Shown here piece by piece: positions 18,132 to 27,620 of a DNA stretch of 64,000 bases. How positions within the stretch are numbered: the stretch's first letter is position 1; every line of letters starts with the position of its first letter. The position numbers and the translations under genes were made by a program. This DNA comes from Kiritimatiellia bacterium (GTDB lineage Bacteria; Verrucomicrobiota; Kiritimatiellia; RFP12; UBA1067). The stretch is taken from NCBI GenBank assembly GCA_051884805.1, contig JBJEWA010000140.1:342-64341 (forward strand). Reading direction: 5' to 3'. The notes below the pieces were generated by a model, which worked only from the letters and a program-made list of their open reading frames with translations, had not been told where the DNA came from and ran no database searches.

Positions 18132-21100
18132 TTACATTTCCGCGCTCGACGAAGCAGACCGCCGAAGATCCGTCCGTCCCCAGAACGGGGATGCGGGCAG
18201 GCCCTCGCGGTTGTAGAGATTGGCCTTGCCGAGAGGCACGGCCTCATAGGCATAACGAACCGCCGTCGGCTCGGCCACCTCCGGCGACGAAACGACGACC
18301 GTCGGTCCGTCGATCCGCGCCGTGGCCGGATGCCACACGCCGTCGATGCCGGCGATCACGAACCCCTTCAGCTCCGCAACCGGCCTCGGCATCACGACCG
18401 GCGCGTCCGGATCCTTTTCGGCAGCCATCAGACCGCTACCGACATGGTCGAAAGCGATGCGCAGGGACTTCCGCTCGCGAACGACATCACGGAACAGCGG
18501 ACCTGACGCGACGAGGTCCGAACGCCCGTAGACATCGCGAAGCGCCCACCGCGCGAAGCGCTCGCCGACGTCAAGCTTATTGCGGAAATGAATGTCCTTC
18601 TCGTTGCCGACGTCGAAGGTCACGACGAGACCCGAATGCGGCAGCCGCCGGTGCATTTCGAGCTGCACGTCCCGCATCGTCTCGAAGCCCTGCTTCGGCG
18701 CATCAAGCGCCGTGCTGACGTGTGTCCACTGCGGATCGCGCCAGGACGAAAGCTGCGCAAGGTAGAACGGCAGCTTGCGTCCCCACATCGTCCGCCAGTG
18801 ATCGACCATTGTCGCCAATTTCTCCCGGTAGCGAACGGCGCCCCAGTTCGCCTCGCCCTGATACCAGAGCGCACCGGCAATGCGCATCGGCGCAAGGGGA
18901 CGCACCATGGCGAGGTCCTGGCCCCCGCCCGGCAGAAACTGATCAATCGAACACCCGCCCCAATTGTCGTCGACAATGCCAATCGGCACGCCCGTCTCCC
19001 GGTTGACCGCCCGGGCGAAATAATAGCCGATTGCAGAGACAGGCCCGAGCGCCTTCTCGCCGACGCAGACGCGCCACGGCAGACAGGCGACGTCCTCAAC
19101 GACGTTCGTCGCGCGGACCTTGGCGATTTTCAGATGACGGATGCCGGGGTATTTCGCCGACTCGGCGAAAGCCTCCGCTTCGCCGATGACGTGCGCACCG
19201 AAGGGCCACTCCATATTGCTCTGTCCGGAACACATCCAGACATCACCCACGAGCACGTCCTCGAAGACAAGGCCGTCGTCCCCGCCGACGATGGTCAGGC
19301 GCATTCCCTGTGACGAAGCCGGCTGCGCGGGCAATTCGACCCGCCAGGCACCTTCCGCCCCGACAACCGTCTGGGCCTTTGTGCCGCGAAAGCGGACGAG
19401 CAGACGATCACCCGGAGTTCCGAATCCCCAAACCGGAATCGGACGGTCACGCTGCACGACCATGTGATTCGAGAAGACGCCGGCCGGACGTATCTCGCGG
19501 AAATGGACGTCGGCGACGTTCTGGAGGCGCACACGGTCGGACACGCGGCCCGATGCCGTCCGGATGTCGTTGTGGCGCAACGTGAGGTCCGTACACCCCA
19601 ATACGTCAATGCCGATCGACGCATGCTCAATGCGGTTCGAGATGAAGGAAATGTTGCGGTGCGAATCCGCGAGCAGACAGCCGCCCTTCTTGCCCGGCGT
19701 GCCGCCGACCCAGATCGCCGTGCCGCGGCCGGACCGCACGATGCGATTGTTGCGCACCATGACGTTCTTGCCGCAACTCGCCTCCAGCCAGATATAGCTC
19801 ATCGAAATCTTGATGCCGAGATCGAACGGCGCCTCGATCAGGTTGTCTTCGACGATTCCATCCGAGGCCTGCACGATGATTCCGCGCGCACGCGCACGGC
19901 CGAAGCGGTTGCCCTTGACGACAAAACCGTTGCTCGTCCGCCGGTTCGAACAGATGATGGCGCCGCGCGCGAGATCAATCGGGCGGTCGAACGTGATGCG
20001 TCGCCCTAAATTCGCGGTCTTCGGAACGCCGGGCCACATGCGCTGGCGGAGGAGAAAATCCATTTCATCCTGCGTCGTCCCCCTGTCCGGCACAATCGCC
20101 GTCACCGTCGCATCGGGCAGGCACCGCCCCTCCCATGTCATCACTTGAACGGTGTCGCCCGGCTCGATCTTCAACGCCTGGCCGCTCCCGACGACGCGAT
20201 AGTCCCGATCCGCCCCCTCCATAACGACGGCATACCAGCCGCTCACGTTGATGCAGTCGTCGCAATGATAGCGAGCGGTGCAATCGATGACGCGAAAGCC
20301 CTGAATCGACCCGCGGCAATTGAACGCGTCGTGATTGCCGCTACGAAGGCGTTTCAGCCCTCTCCGGGCAAAATCCCTCTCTGGCGGACAGCGATCCAGC
20401 ACGCAGCGCATATAGGTGTTGGCCGTGCCGGCGATATCCATGAAACCGACGCCCATCGGTGTCGAATAGACCGTCACGTCCTCCAGCGTACAGGTCACGC
20501 AATCCTGCATCCATGTCGCCGCCCATTCAACCGGGCGCGTCATGTCCTTGATGCTCCAGACCGCGATGTCCCCGACCTCGCCGCGACGATCCGTTCCGCC
20601 CGTAATGCGATAGGTGTCGGGACCTGTCCGCCGGACGGCGATGTGATCCAGATAGCGCATCGGATTCTTGAGTTCCAGCGTCTCCTTGTCGTACGCCTGC
20701 ACGGGCCAGATCTCGGCGCAGCCCCTGCCGTCCGGATCGTCCGGACACGGATAGCCCGCGATAACGCGCACGTCCCAGCTCTTCTCGGCGTCAACCTGCT
20801 CGATCACCGCCTGCGTGAACGGCAACGTCTCGTAATCGATTGTCAGGTTCTTGACGGTGACGTTCGTACACGCCGAAAGTCGGAGCATCTGCGAACGCAC
20901 CTTGCCAATCAACTCGCCCCCCTGGAAGTCGATCGTCACATCACGCTGCCCGTGAAGCGACAAATAAACCGTCCGATTCGTCGGCAAGTTGACGAAATAG
21001 CGGTCCTTCGGCACCACGACACGCTTCTCCCCGCGGGCAAGGGCTTCATTGACGTACAGAATCGGGTCAATCGCCTCCGCCCAACCAACAGCAACCGAAA

Positions 21101-21143
21101 GCGAGAGGGACATGAGGACCCATGTTGTGATTCGTTCAAGCAT
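18132..21143 (-). CDS. secreted bifunctional-looking protein: N-terminal right-handed parallel beta-helix (pectate-lyase/GH28-like) domain fused to C-terminal SASA-type sialate/carbohydrate O-acetylesterase domain
   Basis: 1003 aa with a signal peptide. Residues 1-600 show repeated NxxI/V beta-helix rungs (VRNNRIVRSGRGTAIWVGG, ISFISNRIEHASIGIDV). The C-terminal domain carries the SASA signature GDVWMCSGQSNMEWP plus WYQGEAN. Confidence 0.75.
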   Translation of the reverse strand: MLERITTWVLMSLSLSVAVGWAEAIDPILYVNEALARGEKRVVVPKDRYFVNLPTNRTVYLSLHGQRDVTIDFQGGELIGKVRSQMLRLSACTNVTVKNLTIDYETLPFTQAVIEQVDAEKSWDVRVIAGYPCPDDPDGRGCAEIWPVQAYDKETLELKNPMRYLDHIAVRRTGPDTYRITGGTDRRGEVGDIAVWSIKDMTRPVEWAATWMQDCVTCTLEDVTVYSTPMGVGFMDIAGTANTYMRCVLDRCPPERDFARRGLKRLRSGNHDAFNCRGSIQGFRVIDCTARYHCDDCINVSGWYAVVMEGADRDYRVVGSGQALKIEPGDTVQVMTWEGRCLPDATVTAIVPDRGTTQDEMDFLLRQRMWPGVPKTANLGRRITFDRPIDLARGAIICSNRRTSNGFVVKGNRFGRARARGIIVQASDGIVEDNLIEAPFDLGIKISMSYIWLEASCGKNVMVRNNRIVRSGRGTAIWVGGTPGKKGGCLLADSHRNISFISNRIEHASIGIDVLGCTDLTLRHNDIRTASGRVSDRVRLQNVADVHFREIRPAGVFSNHMVVQRDRPIPVWGFGTPGDRLLVRFRGTKAQTVVGAEGAWRVELPAQPASSQGMRLTIVGGDDGLVFEDVLVGDVWMCSGQSNMEWPFGAHVIGEAEAFAESAKYPGIRHLKIAKVRATNVVEDVACLPWRVCVGEKALGPVSAIGYYFARAVNRETGVPIGIVDDNWGGCSIDQFLPGGGQDLAMVRPLAPMRIAGALWYQGEANWGAVRYREKLATMVDHWRTMWGRKLPFYLAQLSSWRDPQWTHVSTALDAPKQGFETMRDVQLEMHRRLPHSGLVVTFDVGNEKDIHFRNKLDVGERFARWALRDVYGRSDLVASGPLFRDVVRERKSLRIAFDHVGSGLMAAEKDPDAPVVMPRPVAELKGFVIAGIDGVWHPATARIDGPTVVVSSPEVAEPTAVRYAYEAVPLGKANLYNREGLPASPFWGRTDLRRSASSSAEM

Positions 21144-21258
21144 GCTTAACAGTTCCGCTTATTTGACGGCATTTTATCAAATAGCCGTCAGTTTGGACAA
21201 TCCTTCTGCCGAATGATTACGCCATCAATAAGCGAATGATTACGCCAAATTTGATATA

Positions 21259-22479
21259 ATGTCACTGATGCGTCCCCCAACAGACCAATACCTTTCGCCC
21301 AAGCGCGTGCTCCTGGCAATCCCCACGTCGGGAGCGGACGGACGCGCCCGGATATCCGGCATCAACCGTTGGCTCAGCGAAGGACACGATTGGGATACGG
21401 TCATCATTCGAACCCGTGAAGACTTCACCGTCAAAGCCGTGACCGACGAAATGTCCCATGGCCTTGACGGTGCCATCATCGGCATGCCTTACAATCTCGA
21501 TGTTGGCCAGCTCATCATCCAGACCGACTTGCCGCTGGCAATCATGACGACAGCGCTGACGGAACGCACACTTGCGAATCGCCCGAAAACCGTTTTCGCC
21601 CTGATTGACAACCGGGAGCTTGGACGTACGGCGGCGACTTACTTCCGGTCGCTCGGACGCTTCGCCGCCTATGCCTACGTTCACGACGCCCGACACAGCA
21701 GTTGGTCTGAAGAGCGGCTGGCCGGTTTTATGTCCATTCATCCGGACTGTCAGATCTTCATCGGAGAGCGCGAAAGCGACAATACCATCGACCGACTCAA
21801 GAACGAACAGCTCGCCGCGTTTCTTTCCGACCTGCCGCACCCCACGGCACTTCTTGCCGCCAACGACATCATCGCCGAGCAGGTCCTCGCCGCCTGTCGC
21901 GCACAGGGGCTTCGCGTACCCAATGACATCTCCGTCATGGGCATCGACAACGATACGGTGACCTGCACGGCGGCGCGACCGGCGCTCTCAAGCCTCGAGC
22001 CGAACTTCAACGAGGCTGGTTATCGCGCGGCCATGATGCTGGACGCGCTCATGCACGGCCGACAACTGCGGCGATGGACAAAACAGCCAGGCGTTCTACG
22101 CACGGTCGAAAGAGATTCGACGCAACGGATCGCCCCCGCCTCCAGACTCGTGCGCGATGCGCTCGACTTCATCGAAGTCAACGCCTGTCTCGGCATCAAG
22201 CCGTCCGACGTCATCAACAATCTGCGCGTCTCCCGTTCGCTGGCCAATCTGCGCTTCCGCGAGCTGACGGGAAAGTCCATCGGCCAGGTGCTGACGGAAC
22301 GCCGCCTGGCAGAATGCGAGCGGCTGCTTCGGACGACAGACTGGAAGTTCATCCGAATCGCCGAGTCAGTCGGCTACGCCAACCCCGACATTCTGCGCAA
22401 TCTTTTCCGATCACGGCATGGAATCGGCCCGACCCGCTGGCGCGCGAAGGAACGTCGCGGCGACGCACTTCCTACCTGA
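21259..22479 (+). CDS. XylR-type transcriptional regulator (periplasmic-binding-protein-like sugar-binding domain plus AraC-family HTH)
   Basis: 406 aa. The N-terminal LacI/PBP-like fold is followed by a C-terminal AraC HTH (VINNLRVSRSLANLRFRELTGKSIGQVLTERRLAECERLL...IRIAESVGYANPDILRNLFRSRHGIGPTRWR). Divergent from the esterase gene. Confidence 0.75.
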   Translation: MSLMRPPTDQYLSPKRVLLAIPTSGADGRARISGINRWLSEGHDWDTVIIRTREDFTVKAVTDEMSHGLDGAIIGMPYNLDVGQLIIQTDLPLAIMTTALTERTLANRPKTVFALIDNRELGRTAATYFRSLGRFAAYAYVHDARHSSWSEERLAGFMSIHPDCQIFIGERESDNTIDRLKNEQLAAFLSDLPHPTALLAANDIIAEQVLAACRAQGLRVPNDISVMGIDNDTVTCTAARPALSSLEPNFNEAGYRAAMMLDALMHGRQLRRWTKQPGVLRTVERDSTQRIAPASRLVRDALDFIEVNACLGIKPSDVINNLRVSRSLANLRFRELTGKSIGQVLTERRLAECERLLRTTDWKFIRIAESVGYANPDILRNLFRSRHGIGPTRWRAKERRGDALPT

Positions 22480-22544
22480 TAATTCGCACACCGACGGAAT
22501 TAGTGAATGAGGGGGACAGCCCCTCGGTAAAACGAGGAAAAACG

Positions 22545-22822
22545 AGGGGACAGGCCCTCGGGGAGGTGTGGAAAAATGGCGGAATACTGGCGGATTTTAT
22601 CGCTTATCTTGAGGGCGGGGCTATCTGCATATCACAATGCGGATTCTTTGCGCAAGCGCGGATGAAACCGCTTCCGGATGGTGAGAATGAGGGGACAGGC
22701 CCTCGGCGAGGTGTGGAAAAATGGCGGAATAGTGGCGGATTTTATCGCTTATCGTGAGGGCGGGGCTATCTGCATATCACAATGCGGATTCTTTGCGCAA
22801 GCGCGGATGAAATCGCTTCCGG
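22545..22822. repeat. tandem direct repeat: two about 134 bp copies (period 144 bp, about 97% identical) plus a partial third unit start at 22508-22526
   Basis: Seen directly. Copy 1 spans 22545-22678 and copy 2 spans 22689-22822, with 4 mismatches. Each unit starts with the hairpin-forming GAGGGGACAGGCCCTC. Local GC is about 52%, against about 67% in the flanks. It lies in the convergent intergenic region between the xylR-like and MATE genes. Confidence 0.85.
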
Positions 22823-23012
22823 ATGAAGTGAACGGCAGCATCAGAATCCCCGGGAGGAGCGTTTCAACGGCACGAAGTCGGATAAACGGACGCAATGAGG
22901 GTTCTCCTGCAGAGAACGGCTGGTTTGCGGCTGAACGGCCGTCAGCGTACGATCAGGCGGGCGACCCCTACTTGAGTTTGAACCCGCTCACGCTACGGGA
23001 TGGTGCGCTCGC

Positions 23013-24500
23013 CTATTCAACTACGACTCGCCCGGTCGCCCGCCGGACAAGCTCGTCCCGCTGCCGGACGCGCGACAGGAATCGGACGTGCAGCCAGAAC
23101 GGGGGGATCGTCGCCAGCTGGCAAATGACGTCCGAAACCGGAAGCGCGAGCCAGATCGCCAGGACGGCGTCGGACATGACGTGCGGCAGGATCCAGATGC
23201 ACGGGATGAGGATGACGCCCTGCCGCAGCGTCGAAAGGAAGATGGCCGTGCGCGGATGCCCGATGGACTGGTAGTAGGTCGTCGCCAGCACGTTGATGCC
23301 GATGCACCAGATCATGCAGTTGGCGATCGTCAGGTCGTGGGCGGCGATGCCGAGCAGCGTCGGATTGTCAGCGGACACGAACAGCCGCGCCAGCAACCTC
23401 GGGAACGGGGGTACGACCTGCACGGCGCAGGCGAGAACGCAGAGAACGGTCACCGCCCAGAAGCCGAGCTTCAGCGCCTCCTTCACGCGGCGGAAGTTCC
23501 GCGCCCCCCAGTTGTAGCCGAAGATCGGCTGCAGCCCCTGCTCCGCGCCGAGAATCGGCATCATCGTCAGGATCATCACGCTTTGAAAAACGCCCAACGA
23601 GGCGATCTGCGTCGTCGCCGTCGCCTCGTCCGCCGCCCATTTTCCGAAAGCCGCCGCCAGCGAGACGTTGATGGCCGCGTCGAGCAGGTTCTGGAGGAAC
23701 GGCGCCAGCCCGATGGACGACGTCCGCCAGAGATACTCGCGATAAAGCCCGATGCGCCGCCACCGCAGGCGCACCACAGTCCGTCCGGTCAGGTAGTAGC
23801 CGACCGCCCAGAGGAAGCTGCAGCCCATCGCGACGTTCGTCGCCCACGCCGCGCCCTCGATGCCCCCCGGGGTTATCAGGTACGCCGTCCGGTGCGCGAG
23901 AAACGCCGGCGCCGGAAGGCCGAAGATGAAGAGCGGATCGAGGACGATGTTGACGCCGAACCCGACGGCCAGCGACAGCATCGACTTGACGGCGCCGCCC
24001 TCGGCCCGCGTCAGGGCCGAAAGGCCGAAGGCGAGATGCGAGAACAGGTGGGAGAAGACGACGGTCCGCAGGTACGAGCGCGCCTCGGCAAAGGCCTCCG
24101 GGGAGACTTTCGCCCCGCCGCACCAGCCCAGCACCATATCCGCGTTCAGGAAGACGAGCGGCGGCAGGACGAAGAAGAACAGGAGCTTGATGGCGATCAA
24201 CTCGCCGACCAGCTTCTCGCAGCCGGCGAAGTCGTTTTCGCCGAGCTTGATCGACAGGACGGACGCGTGCCCCGCGCCGACGAAGACGCCGAACGCCCCG
24301 AAGAGCATCATCACCGGGAAGGTCAGCGTGAGGCCCGCCATCGCCGCCTCGCCGCATCCCTGCCCGATGTAAAAGCGGTCGACGACGGCATAGAGCGCGT
24401 TCAGCGTCATCGCGACCAGCGCCGGCCACGAATACTTCAAAAGAAGACGCCCGAGAGACCCCCGGGCGAGTTCTTCCAGACTTGCGACCTTCCTCTGCAT
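23013..24500 (-). CDS. MATE-family multidrug/oligosaccharidyl-lipid efflux transporter
   Basis: 495 aa with 12 predicted TM helices and MATE-typical N-terminal and repeat organisation. Confidence 0.8.
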   Translation of the reverse strand: MQRKVASLEELARGSLGRLLLKYSWPALVAMTLNALYAVVDRFYIGQGCGEAAMAGLTLTFPVMMLFGAFGVFVGAGHASVLSIKLGENDFAGCEKLVGELIAIKLLFFFVLPPLVFLNADMVLGWCGGAKVSPEAFAEARSYLRTVVFSHLFSHLAFGLSALTRAEGGAVKSMLSLAVGFGVNIVLDPLFIFGLPAPAFLAHRTAYLITPGGIEGAAWATNVAMGCSFLWAVGYYLTGRTVVRLRWRRIGLYREYLWRTSSIGLAPFLQNLLDAAINVSLAAAFGKWAADEATATTQIASLGVFQSVMILTMMPILGAEQGLQPIFGYNWGARNFRRVKEALKLGFWAVTVLCVLACAVQVVPPFPRLLARLFVSADNPTLLGIAAHDLTIANCMIWCIGINVLATTYYQSIGHPRTAIFLSTLRQGVILIPCIWILPHVMSDAVLAIWLALPVSDVICQLATIPPFWLHVRFLSRVRQRDELVRRATGRVVVE

Positions 24501-24506
24501 GCCCGG

Positions 24507-25127
24507 CTAGAAGACCACCGCGACATCCGGCAGTTCCCTGCGGATGCGCGCCATTTCGGCCGCCGGGAGATTGAGGTCGCCGAGCTGCAGCGACTGCAGT
24601 TTCTTCCAGCCGTCAAGGTTCTCCGGCAGCTTCGTCACCTGCGTGCGGGAGAAGGAGAGGTTCTTCAGCCCCCGCTTCTCCGCCAGCCAGGCGGGAATCT
24701 CCTTCAGGGGATTGCCGGAAAGATCGACGTCAGTCAGGGACGGCAGGTCCTTCAGCGTCGCGGGAACGCTTGTCAGCCGGTTGTTCCGCAGATAGATGCG
24801 CCGCAGCTTGACCAGGCCCTTCAGGTCCGGCAATGCCGTCAGCCGGTTGTCGTTGAGCCGCAGCCACTTGAGATTGACGAGCTTCTCGACGCCGTCCGCC
24901 TTCTCCAGCTGATTGCGGTCGAGATTCAGGTAATCCGCCGCGAGGACGACCTCGGGAACGGCCTTCAGGCCCCTGTCGCTCAGGTAGACGCGGTTCTCGG
25001 CCGGAACCGACTTGTACGCCGGCTCCGGCTCGTTGAAGCAGCCGGCGAGCAGCAGCACGGGGAGGAGCAGGAGCGACGGCGGAAGGATTCCGCCGCAGCG
25101 CCATCTCCCCAAGCCGAGCGACCGCAT
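24507..25127 (-). CDS. leucine-rich-repeat (LRR) lipoprotein
   Basis: About 207 aa from MRSLGLG. Lipobox LLLAGC. Consecutive LxxLxLxxNxL repeats (LNLDRNQLEK, LKWLRLNDNRLTALP, LRRIYLRNNRLTSVP, LTDVDLSGNPLKEIP). Confidence 0.7.
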   Translation of the reverse strand: MRSLGLGRWRCGGILPPSLLLLPVLLLAGCFNEPEPAYKSVPAENRVYLSDRGLKAVPEVVLAADYLNLDRNQLEKADGVEKLVNLKWLRLNDNRLTALPDLKGLVKLRRIYLRNNRLTSVPATLKDLPSLTDVDLSGNPLKEIPAWLAEKRGLKNLSFSRTQVTKLPENLDGWKKLQSLQLGDLNLPAAEMARIRRELPDVAVVF

Positions 25128-25170
25128 TCCGCCCTCTCCCCTTCGCCGCCTCACGACCGCCCTCCGTGCG

Positions 25171-25938
25171 TCACTGCGCGGCCGCCGCAGCCGCGACGAT
25201 GCCGGCGAAGTCGGCCGCCTTGAGGGCCGCGCCGCCGATGAGGCCGCCGTCGATGTCCTTCTTCGCGAGCAGTTCGGCCGCGTTGCCCGGCTTCATCGAG
25301 CCGCCGTACTGAATGCGGACCGTCTCGGCCGTCTCGGCGCCGACGAGCTTCGCCAGGGTCGCGCGGATGAGCGCGTGGACTTCCTGGGCCTGGTCGGGCG
25401 TGGCGGTCTTGCCGGTGCCGATCGCCCACACGGGTTCGTAGGCGATGACGAGCTTCGCGCAGTCGGCCGCCGTCACGTCCTTGAGTCCGACGTTCAGCTG
25501 ACGCTCGATCACCTCGACGAGCTGGCCGGCCTCGCGCTCCTCAAGCGTCTCGCCAATGCACATCATGCAGGTCAGCCCTGCGGCAATCGCGGCACGCGTG
25601 CGGAGGTTGACCGTCTCGTCGGTCTCGCCGAAATACTGGCGGCGCTCGCTGTGGCCGGTGATGACGTACTTGCAGCCAGCATCGACGATCATGCCCGTCG
25701 AAATCTCGCCCGTATACGCGCCGGACTCCTTCCAGTGGCAGTTCTCGGTGCCGATGCCGACTTGCGTACCCGCAGCGGCGGCCACGGCGGCCGGGACGTC
25801 GATCGCCGGCGTGCAGCACACGACCTCGACGTTCGCATAGTCCTTCGTCGCCTCGGCGACGGCCTTGACCAAGGCCGCCGTCTCCGACGGCTTGACGTTC
25901 ATCTTCCAGTTGCCAGCGATGATCTTCTTCCTGCTCAT
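25171..25938 (-). CDS. tpiA: triosephosphate isomerase
   Basis: About 255 aa from MSRKKIIAGNWKMN with AYEPVWAIGTG and IQYGGS motifs. Its ATG overlaps the upstream stop as ATGA. Confidence 0.9.
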   Translation of the reverse strand: MSRKKIIAGNWKMNVKPSETAALVKAVAEATKDYANVEVVCCTPAIDVPAAVAAAAGTQVGIGTENCHWKESGAYTGEISTGMIVDAGCKYVITGHSERRQYFGETDETVNLRTRAAIAAGLTCMMCIGETLEEREAGQLVEVIERQLNVGLKDVTAADCAKLVIAYEPVWAIGTGKTATPDQAQEVHALIRATLAKLVGAETAETVRIQYGGSMKPGNAAELLAKKDIDGGLIGGAALKAADFAGIVAAAAAAQ

Positions 25939-26414
25939 TTTGTCCTTCCTTTGAATCTGCGGTGCTTGACACCGGCCTGTTTGAAAACGTCCTTGACCGT
26001 ATCGAGAAAGGCGTACTCGCCCGAATAGACGACCTCCCGGATGCCGGCGTTGACGAGCAGCTTCGCGCACGTCAGGCACGGCGAGACGGTCACGTAGACC
26101 GTCCCGCCCTCGATGGCGTGGCCGTGCTGGGCGGCCTGGCAGATCGCGTTCTGCTCGGCGTGCACGCACAGGCATTCCTCCAGGTGCGCCCCGCTCTGGG
26201 TGACGCCCGAACAGCGCGGACACCCGCCCTCGAAGCAGTTCGTCACGCCATAGGGAGTTCCGTTGTAGCCGGTCGCGAGAATGTGCCGGTTGCGGACGAC
26301 CACCGCGCCCACGTGGCGGCGCGAACAGTTGGACCGCGTGGCGACGACCGTCGCCAGCTCCATGAAGTACTCGTCCCAGCTCGGACGCGGATCCCTGGTC
26401 CTCTCCCTAACCAT
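25935..26414 (-). CDS. dCMP deaminase / ComEB-type cytidine-deoxycytidylate deaminase
   Basis: 159 aa with zinc-binding HAEQNA and PCLTCAKLL motifs. Confidence 0.85.
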   Translation of the reverse strand: MVRERTRDPRPSWDEYFMELATVVATRSNCSRRHVGAVVVRNRHILATGYNGTPYGVTNCFEGGCPRCSGVTQSGAHLEECLCVHAEQNAICQAAQHGHAIEGGTVYVTVSPCLTCAKLLVNAGIREVVYSGEYAFLDTVKDVFKQAGVKHRRFKGRTK

Positions 26415-26458
26415 GTGATTGCATATTATAGCAAATGCCGCGGCCGGCGGGAAACCGG

Positions 26459-27616
26459 TCAGTGAATGTTCCCGCGCGACGGGTGCGACTTCGCCTTCGG
26501 CTTCTCCAGTTTGAGGAAGGTCGCGAACCTGAGCGCCTCCGCCGGAATCTCGTCCCCCGTCGTGTCCGGCATGTCCTTCAGGTCCGGCGTCTCGGCGTGG
26601 GTGTGATGAAACCTCGTCTGCGGACTGACGACCCTGCGCAATTCGGCCTTGAACGTCTCCAGCCCCTCACGACTTGCGCACGACAGGCAGATCGGCGTGA
26701 CGCCCGTCTCCTTGACGAAGCGCGGCAGGTTCTCCCGCGCGGCCTCGGCGTCCATCTTGTTCGCCAGGACGAGGCACGGGCGCTCCGCCAGCTCGGCGGA
26801 ATACTCGACAATCTCCCGCCGCAGGACCTCGTAGTCCTGCCACGGCTCGCGGTTGTCCGTCCCCGCCATGTCGATGACATAGACCAGGACCTTCGACCGT
26901 TCGAGATGCTTCAGGAACGCCAGCCCGAGGCCGACGCCCTTCGCCGCGCCTTCGATGATGCCGGGAACGTCCGCCATGCGGATCTTGGCGTAGTCGTCGT
27001 AGACGATCGTGCCGACGACGGGATTGAGCGTGGTAAAGGGATAGGCCGCGACCTTCGGGGTCGCTGCGGAAAGGACGGAGAGCAACGAACTCTTGCCGGC
27101 GTTCGGGAAGCCGAGCAGGCCCGCGTCCGCAATCGTCTTCAACTCCAGCCGCAGCCGTCGCTCGACCGCCTCGCCCCCGGGCGTATGCTCGGTCGGCGCC
27201 TGGTTGACGGACGACTTGAAGTGGACGTTGCCGAACCCGCCGGCGCCGCCCTTGGCGACAATGACGGACTGCCCCGGCTCCGTGATGTCGGCGACCAGCA
27301 GGCCCGTGTCGAGCTCGTACACCTCCGTGCCCAGCGGCACGGGCACGACCAGGTCCTTGCCGCGCTTGCCGAACATCTTCTGGGACTGCCCCGCCCCGCC
27401 GTCCTGCGCAAAGCACTTCGGATCGTAATAGAGCGACAGCAGCGAGTTGACGTGCTCGGAGGCCTTGAAAACGACGTCGCCGCCGCGCCCGCCGTCGCCG
27501 CCGTCCGGACCGCCGAACTCGACCAGCGCCTCGCGCCGGAACGAGGTCGCGCCGTCGCCGCCCCTGCCGGAGCGGACCAGCACCTCCACCTGATCGATAA
27601 AAGTCTTGGCCTTCAT
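26459..27616 (-). CDS. obg: GTPase Obg/CgtA
   Basis: 385 aa with an N-terminal Obg glycine-rich fold (GGDGGRGGDV), the G domain (GFPNAGKSSLL) and a C-terminal extension. Confidence 0.9.
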   Translation of the reverse strand: MKAKTFIDQVEVLVRSGRGGDGATSFRREALVEFGGPDGGDGGRGGDVVFKASEHVNSLLSLYYDPKCFAQDGGAGQSQKMFGKRGKDLVVPVPLGTEVYELDTGLLVADITEPGQSVIVAKGGAGGFGNVHFKSSVNQAPTEHTPGGEAVERRLRLELKTIADAGLLGFPNAGKSSLLSVLSAATPKVAAYPFTTLNPVVGTIVYDDYAKIRMADVPGIIEGAAKGVGLGLAFLKHLERSKVLVYVIDMAGTDNREPWQDYEVLRREIVEYSAELAERPCLVLANKMDAEAARENLPRFVKETGVTPICLSCASREGLETFKAELRRVVSPQTRFHHTHAETPDLKDMPDTTGDEIPAEALRFATFLKLEKPKAKSHPSRGNIH

Positions 27617-27620
27617 GCGC

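Noticed and set aside
22074-23274. Two plus-strand ORFs (227 and 198 aa) reading through the 144-bp tandem repeats
   Set aside because: The open frame is probably a by-product of the repeat unit being 48 codons long. There is no RBS or start context, and they overlap the xylR-like gene's 3' end and an intergenic low-GC region. I treated the region as a non-coding repeat element, though a small repeat-encoded protein cannot be fully excluded.
23088-25223. 711-aa plus-strand ORF and the nested 23368..24429 minus ORF
   Set aside because: Both overlap the MATE transporter gene, whose frame gives 12 clean TM helices.
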